From positions 14,974 to 78,973 of the forward strand of contig CAWCTR010000016.1 of assembly GCA_963798485.1 (NCBI GenBank): DNA of 64,000 nt, given 5' to 3'. Within the stretch, counting starts at the first letter, position 1. Each line of letters begins with the position of its first letter. Under the pieces are notes generated by a model, which had not been told where the DNA came from, did not search any database, and saw only the letters and a list, made by a program, of their open reading frames with translations. A program made the translations under genes and the position numbers. Origin of the DNA: an uncultured delta proteobacterium. Its GTDB lineage: Bacteria; Desulfobacterota; Desulfomonilia; UBA1062. Of the stretch, positions 58,842 through 64,000 are shown piece after piece.

Positions 58842-58868
58842 CTATCGGTTTTTTTACATCTCAACTTA
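58842..58868 (-). promoter_or_regulatory. Putative sigma28 (FliA) promoter of MCP 2
   Basis: TAAG-N15-ACCGATAG. Confidence 0.6.
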
Positions 58869-58969
58869 ACTGCATCGTGCATAGCCTGTCGGGCCTTACA
58901 CTGCATGGGCACACGTGGATTTATGAAATCATATCAAGTTATTAACGAGGTATTACCACCTGCATAAGC

Positions 58970-59539
58970 TTACATAAGTGCTGAGGTATATTTTCTGAGC
59001 TCACCACGCAGCCCTCGCGCATCACCAAGAAGCATATCGAGCCTTTGCCAGAACCCCTTACCATGACCCCGAATCTTGGTATGGAGCAGTTCGTGAATAA
59101 TCACATAGTCCATAAGCTCACGAGGCAGCCTTGCCAGATTGATATTCAGGCTTATGGTGCCACGCATACTACAGCTCCCCCAACGGGTCTTCTGGTTACG
59201 CACCGTGACGCCTGCATAAGGCAGACAATACTCTTTTGAAAGCTCATCCAGACGGGTAACGATCTTGTTGCGCGCCGCTGCAAAATCCATGATCACAGGC
59301 AGATTGCAGGCTGTCTCTCCTCGGGCCTTGGCTATTGAATCCATTCGGTTGCAATGGCTCTTAATCCAATCCTTCTTGGAAAGCGCGAATCTTTGGCCCC
59401 GCGCAAGCGCCACACCCAAGGGCACGGCTACCCTCACGCCGCCCGGCCTGACCGAGATGCTCACCCTTCGCGCCCTGGTGCTGTGTTCCACCAGAACATC
59501 CCCAACCCCATCGAGAGAAAACACAAAAGCCCTCATCAT
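58970..59539 (-). CDS. YgjP/DUF45 family metal-dependent hydrolase (M48-like)
   Basis: QKTRWGSCS, DYVIIHELLH..H...FW. Confidence 0.88.
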   Translation of the reverse strand: MMRAFVFSLDGVGDVLVEHSTRARRVSISVRPGGVRVAVPLGVALARGQRFALSKKDWIKSHCNRMDSIAKARGETACNLPVIMDFAAARNKIVTRLDELSKEYCLPYAGVTVRNQKTRWGSCSMRGTISLNINLARLPRELMDYVIIHELLHTKIRGHGKGFWQRLDMLLGDARGLRGELRKYTSALM

Positions 59540-59647
59540 GAAAACCCCTCATATCAGCACGGGAGAAACCTTTCCAGGGCATTGTATGCTATAAGGCAAT
59601 ACATGCCCAAGACACCAATTCACCTTTACAATTTTTTCCCCTCTGTG

Positions 59648-60589
59648 ATGACCCGTCATCGGCTCTTGTTTATTGCCCTGGGTATCTGCATGGGTCTGTT
59701 TTTTATATTTACGAATCCTGTCCATGCAGGACAGCTTGAGACACTAGGCACGAACGATGCCTCAATTTTTTATGAACAACCGCTCTCCGGTCCTGCGCAT
59801 GAGCTTGCAGGGTTATTTCCATCAGTAAAAAAAGATCTTGAGATATCACTGGGGTTTCCTGTGGATTTCCGTCCTGCCGTCATCCTGGTCTCAAACGAGG
59901 CTGCATTCGAGCAGATAGTCGGCAACCGGTTGATTGTAGCCTATGCCGTGCCGGATAAGATGCTCATAGTCATTGATTATGCAAGGTCCAGCAAAGACCC
60001 CTTCAATACCCGGACCATACTCAAGCATGAGCTCTGCCACCTTCTGCTCCACCGCTATATACAAACGCTGCCCCGATGGCTGGACGAGGGGGTGGCCCAG
60101 TGGGTAAGCGGTGGATTCGACGAGGTGTTCTCACAGAGGAGGGAATCTTACCTGAGGTGGGCCACCATCAGTGGGGGCCTTATGACCCTGAACGCCATGG
60201 ATTTGCGTTTTCCCCAGGACGAACCGGGCCTTGTCCTGGCTTATGAGGAGAGCAGGAGCATTGTCGATTACATCGTTTTCCGATACGGCAAAAACGGCAT
60301 CACCAATCTCCTCACCGCCCTGAAGAACGGGAAGCCCACGCAGGACGCCATCATGATATCACTGGGCATACCGCTATCCACGCTTGAAAAGGATTGGCGG
60401 CAAAGCATCAGGACATGGGCCACCCTGCTGGTATATATCATGGGCAATATCTATTCCATCATCTTCTTCCTCGCCGCCCTTGCCACGGTGGCGGGTTATG
60501 TGCGCTATCGCATCAGGAGAAAGCGATTTATGAAGGAGGAGAGGAGGAGGTCTCTCCGGAAAACTCTTAAAGAGGGAACTTCTCAGTAA
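59648..60589 (+). CDS. Peptidase MA-like membrane-anchored metalloprotease
   Basis: Start ATG 59648; signal peptide, HELCH, PRWLDEGVAQ, AYEES, C-terminal TM. Confidence 0.8.
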   Translation: MTRHRLLFIALGICMGLFFIFTNPVHAGQLETLGTNDASIFYEQPLSGPAHELAGLFPSVKKDLEISLGFPVDFRPAVILVSNEAAFEQIVGNRLIVAYAVPDKMLIVIDYARSSKDPFNTRTILKHELCHLLLHRYIQTLPRWLDEGVAQWVSGGFDEVFSQRRESYLRWATISGGLMTLNAMDLRFPQDEPGLVLAYEESRSIVDYIVFRYGKNGITNLLTALKNGKPTQDAIMISLGIPLSTLEKDWRQSIRTWATLLVYIMGNIYSIIFFLAALATVAGYVRYRIRRKRFMKEERRRSLRKTLKEGTSQ

Positions 60590-60644
60590 AGCATACGTAT
60601 CTTTTTCCCGGACAATTATTTTCACCACGAAGGATTATCTGGGT

Positions 60645-60798
60645 TCCCCTCGTTTTTAAGGAGGGGACAGGGGAGATTTTTCCAATAGGTAGGAACGATC
60701 GCGATCGTCCGTTATTTCATTACCGCCAGCAGTCACGAATGTTCCGAATGTTCCCTGCAAAAAATCCCTCCTGTCCTCCCTTTAGAAAAGGGAGGGAC
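60645..60798. repeat. Inverted pair of REP-like palindromes (CCCCTC..GAGGGG type)
   Basis: TCCCCTCGTTTTTAAGGAGGGGACAGGGAGATTT and AAATCCCTCCTGTCCTCCCTTTAGAAAAGGGAGGGAC in opposite orientation. Confidence 0.6.
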
Positions 60799-60842
60799 TT
60801 GTAAACACTGTTCAATGCCAAGGACGCGAAGATGGTCAGCCA

Positions 60843-60947
60843 GTAGGTTGGGTTGAACTTGTGAAACCCAACAATATGTCTTGAGATAAATCCATACGAA
60901 TAATTCTGACTTTGATGTGTTGGGTTTCGTTCCTCAACCCAACCTAC
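60843..60947. repeat. Inverted pair of GTAG-family REPs (BIME/REPIN-like)
   Basis: GTAGGTTGGGTTGA..GAAACCCAACA ... TGTTGGGTTTC..TCAACCCAACCTAC. Confidence 0.75.
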
Positions 60948-61003
60948 TAAGTTGTGCGATAGTGCAAAGGATTATCCCGTAACCTCGGGAGGCGAAATTG
61001 TTA

Positions 61004-61933
61004 TCAGGCCTGACTTAACACCCGCTTCCTCGTGGGGAAAGGGATGGTCTGGCCGTCTACCGCAACAATAACATCTTGGTGATGAACGGATGCCTCCCGG
61101 ACAAATTCTTCAATAGAGCTGTATCGCTGGGAATAATGTGAGAGCACGAGTCTCTTCACCCCTGCATCACGCGCTATCAGTGCCGCCTGGGCTGCAGTGA
61201 GGTGGCCATATTCATGGGCAGAGCGTTCCATGTCCGAGAGATAGGTGGCCTCCATCACACAAAGATCGGCCCCTTGTGCGAGCCCGTATGCCCCCTCGCA
61301 CACCCTGGTATCCATTACAAAGGCAAAGCACTGACCCGGCCGGGCAACACCCACATCCTCAATACAGATTGTCTTCCCGTTGATGTCGATCGTGCCTGAA
61401 GCCTTCAGCCTCCCTGCATCCTTATCCCTGATGCCTTCCTGCTTCAGCCTTTGAGGATCGAGGGTGAAGGAGCCCTTTTCCTGCATGCGGTAACCGAAGC
61501 AATCAACAATATGATCGAGGCTTTTCGCCTCGATGGTCACCCTTTCATCTTCAAAGATTACCCCATCGGCAGAAACCGGGTGCCCGTTGAGGCGGGCGGA
61601 ATTATGGAAAAGGCATGAGTCGCTGAGGTGTTCATAGTAGACCTGCCCTGAAGCGGGATAATAGATATCGACCTCATGCAGGACACGGTCAAGCGAGATG
61701 CGCTGGATTATTCCAGCCAGACCCAGGCAGTGATCGCCATGGAAATGGGTGATGAATATCTTCGTGATCTCTGTTACCGACACGCCGGTCAGGATCATCT
61801 GCCTCTGGGTACCCTCGCCGGGGTCGAAGAGATAACCCTCATCATCGAAGCGGACCACATAGCCGTTCTGGTTCCTGGTGCGGCCGGGCACCTGGCTTGC
61901 CGTTCCCAGGACGACGAGCTTCCTCTCAGACAT
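61004..61933 (-). CDS. rnz: Ribonuclease Z
   Basis: LGTASQVP..RN, FDPGEGTQRQ, THFHGDHCLG, EATY, GHLT, HYSQRY. Confidence 0.93.
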   Translation of the reverse strand: MSERKLVVLGTASQVPGRTRNQNGYVVRFDDEGYLFDPGEGTQRQMILTGVSVTEITKIFITHFHGDHCLGLAGIIQRISLDRVLHEVDIYYPASGQVYYEHLSDSCLFHNSARLNGHPVSADGVIFEDERVTIEAKSLDHIVDCFGYRMQEKGSFTLDPQRLKQEGIRDKDAGRLKASGTIDINGKTICIEDVGVARPGQCFAFVMDTRVCEGAYGLAQGADLCVMEATYLSDMERSAHEYGHLTAAQAALIARDAGVKRLVLSHYSQRYSSIEEFVREASVHHQDVIVAVDGQTIPFPTRKRVLSQA

Positions 61934-62224
61934 GCGTATCAGTTTCTCCCTTCAGAGATTTACCGGCGTATCCATTCCTTCACTGTTAAACGGCTTTACC
62001 CATGCATTCATAGGCTAAATCGTCGGGCATTTCCATATGCAATCTGATTGAGCGTTTCCAGGTCTTCCCTTTTGCGAAGTAATAGTGTATCCATTCTAAT
62101 ACTTTTATCGTTAAATAATAAAAACATATGGATCATAGTTGTATGGCATGGTGCACAACTGCCATGTGAACCGGACAAGTAAAGGATGGACGACCCCAAT
62201 TCTAAAAAAGGAAAGGAAATAAAC

Positions 62225-64000
62225 ATGTTTGAAAAGTATCATCTTGAAAAACCGGACAATCTCGTAGAGCTCTTTGAGAACAGCGTGAAGAAGTATGCCG
62301 ACAGACCATATCTCGGGACCAAGAACAAACAGGGTGAATATGAGTGGGTCCCTTACCGGGAAATCGGCCGCCGTGTCGATAACCTGCGGGGTGGACTGGC
62401 CAGTCTCGGCATCAAGCGGGGTGATGCCGTCGGCGTCATCTGCAACAACAGCATCGACTGGGCGGTGGGCCACTTTGCCGTGCTCGGGCTCGGGGCATTC
62501 TACGTCCCCATGTATGAGGCGGAATTAACCCATGTCTGGGAATACATCATCAAGGACAGCGCCGCCAAGGTCGTCCTGGTTTCAAAGCCGGGGATCTTCG
62601 AAAAGGTCAAGGACTTCCCGTCAAGGATTCCCACACTGGAGAAGATGTTTGTCATGCAGGGTGAAGGAAAATCCACCATGGCTGAACTGGAGCGCATTGG
62701 AGAAGAGAATCCGGTCAAGGCCATCTATCCGAAGCCGGAAGATGTGGCCGTCCTCATCTATACGTCCGGAACGACCGGAGACCCCAAGGGGGTTCTGCTG
62801 ATGCACGGCAACTGGACGAGCAACCACCATGCGCGAATGGTGGCTTACCCTGAGCTGAATTCAGAAGATCGATCCCTGTCCCTTCTTCCTTGGGCGCACG
62901 CCTTCGGCCTCGGCGAATTGCATACCTTCACGGCCATCGGCGGCTCCATGGGCTTCATGGAAAGCGTCAAAACCGTTGTTTCAGACATGGCCGCAGTGCG
63001 GCCGACATTCCTCATTGCCGTCCCCCGCATCTTCAACAAGGTCTATGATACAATCGTTACGAAGGTCAACGAGGCCGGCGGCTTTAAAAAGAAGCTGTTC
63101 GATGCGGGCGTGGAAGCGGGCAAAGAAAAACGCCGCCTTGCCGAGCAGGGAAAATCGAGTTTTCTGGTGGACCTCAAGTTCAAGATCATCGACAAGATCG
63201 TCTTCCAGAAGATCCGCGATCTCTTCGGAGGCAGGATGAAAGGCTCCATGACGGGCAGCGCCCTCATGAATCCTGATATTTCCAGGTTCTTCCACGATAT
63301 CGGGATCCCCCTCTTCGATGCCTATGGATTGACGGAAACGGTGCCAGGCATTACCATGAACAGCTTCAGGAAATTCCGAATCGGCAGCGTCGGGCCCGCC
63401 ATGGACAAGATCAAGGTTGTCATCGACCAGTCTGTTGTGGAGCCGGGGGCAAAGGACGGTGAAATCATCTGCTACGGGCCCAACGTCATGAAGGGTTACC
63501 ACAACAAACCGGAGGCGACGAAGGAGGTCATGACGTCCGACGGCGGCTTCCGGACGGGTGATCGTGGACGCCTCGACGAGGACGGTTTCCTGTGGATCAC
63601 GGGCCGCATCAAGGAACAGTTTAAACTGGAAAACGGCAAGTATGTCTTCCCGGCAGTCCTGGAAGAAGACATCTGCCTCAACCATTACGTCCAGAGCGCC
63701 CTGATCTATGGGGCAGGCAGGGAATACAATGTCTGCATGATCGTGCCGGACTTCGTTGCACTTGAGGTCTACGCGCAAAAGAACAACCTGCCGACCGATA
63801 TGAAGACGCTCGTCGAGAGCGAAGATATCCAGAAGATGATTACGGGTGAAATCAACGATACCCTGAAGAAAAAGTACGGCGGCTATGAGATCCCGAAAAA
63901 ATACCTTTTCCTCTCAGAGCCGTTCACCCTGGAAAACGGCATGCTGACCCAGACGATGAAGCTCAAACGCAGGGTTATCCTGGAGAAATACACCGACCGG
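62225..64000 (+). CDS. fadD: Long-chain fatty acid--CoA ligase (AMP-binding), runs off the window end; not in ORF track
   Basis: ATG 62225 (MFEKYHLEKPDNL) after AAGGA; IYTSGTTGDPKG, AYGLTET, GPNVMKGY, FRTGDRG, ITGRIKE. Confidence 0.9.
   Translation, partial: MFEKYHLEKPDNLVELFENSVKKYADRPYLGTKNKQGEYEWVPYREIGRRVDNLRGGLASLGIKRGDAVGVICNNSIDWAVGHFAVLGLGAFYVPMYEAELTHVWEYIIKDSAAKVVLVSKPGIFEKVKDFPSRIPTLEKMFVMQGEGKSTMAELERIGEENPVKAIYPKPEDVAVLIYTSGTTGDPKGVLLMHGNWTSNHHARMVAYPELNSEDRSLSLLPWAHAFGLGELHTFTAIGGSMGFMESVKTVVSDMAAVRPTFLIAVPRIFNKVYDTIVTKVNEAGGFKKKLFDAGVEAGKEKRRLAEQGKSSFLVDLKFKIIDKIVFQKIRDLFGGRMKGSMTGSALMNPDISRFFHDIGIPLFDAYGLTETVPGITMNSFRKFRIGSVGPAMDKIKVVIDQSVVEPGAKDGEIICYGPNVMKGYHNKPEATKEVMTSDGGFRTGDRGRLDEDGFLWITGRIKEQFKLENGKYVFPAVLEEDICLNHYVQSALIYGAGREYNVCMIVPDFVALEVYAQKNNLPTDMKTLVESEDIQKMITGEINDTLKKKYGGYEIPKKYLFLSEPFTLENGMLTQTMKLKRRVILEKYTDR

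Noticed and set aside
60600-61000. CRISPR array or tRNA in the repeat-rich intergenic region
   Set aside because: The repeats are inverted palindromic pairs, not regularly spaced direct repeats with spacers; no cloverleaf and no cas genes
62142-62165. Sigma54 promoter upstream of fadD (TGGCA...)
   Set aside because: No TTGC at the -12 position on either strand; only a short ATGGCA/TGCCAT inverted repeat, too weak to call an operator

Overview
Core-chromosome window from an anaerobic deltaproteobacterium (Desulfobacterota-like). The assignment is inferred from the ahbC/cobA-hemD heme operon, the kdsA-kdsC-lptCAB-rpoN-hpf operon and MglA/DUF4388 genes. About 55 CDS; no rRNA, tRNA, CRISPR array, prophage or transposase seen. 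Housekeeping content: proX, nitroreductases, DEAD-box helicase, hslO, clpB, menA, oppDF, recJ, nfeD, UDG, coaBC, murJ, sirC-ccsA-hemA-hemC-cobA/hemD-ahbC, rnz and a partial fadD. Several features are missing or split in the ORF track. (1) A four-gene operon encodes a TPR protein, an MglA GTPase, a membrane TPR/Cys4 protein and a DUF4388 protein; the MglA carries the Bdellovibrio-type Gly21->Ser change and a C-terminal extension, and has no adjacent mglB. (2) An exported DUF1573-like selenoprotein candidate has an in-frame UGA in a Cys-Sec motif and a SECIS-like hairpin. (3) A perfect sigma54 promoter precedes an unannotated 41-aa ORF and a doubly degenerate GGDEF/HD-GYP protein with an intact RxxD I-site. 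(4) A 41-aa ribosomal protein bTHX gene. (5) Tandem MCP paralogs show a near-identical (gene-conversion-like) tract, each with a sigma28-like promoter. Several single-base frameshifts look like sequencing errors.
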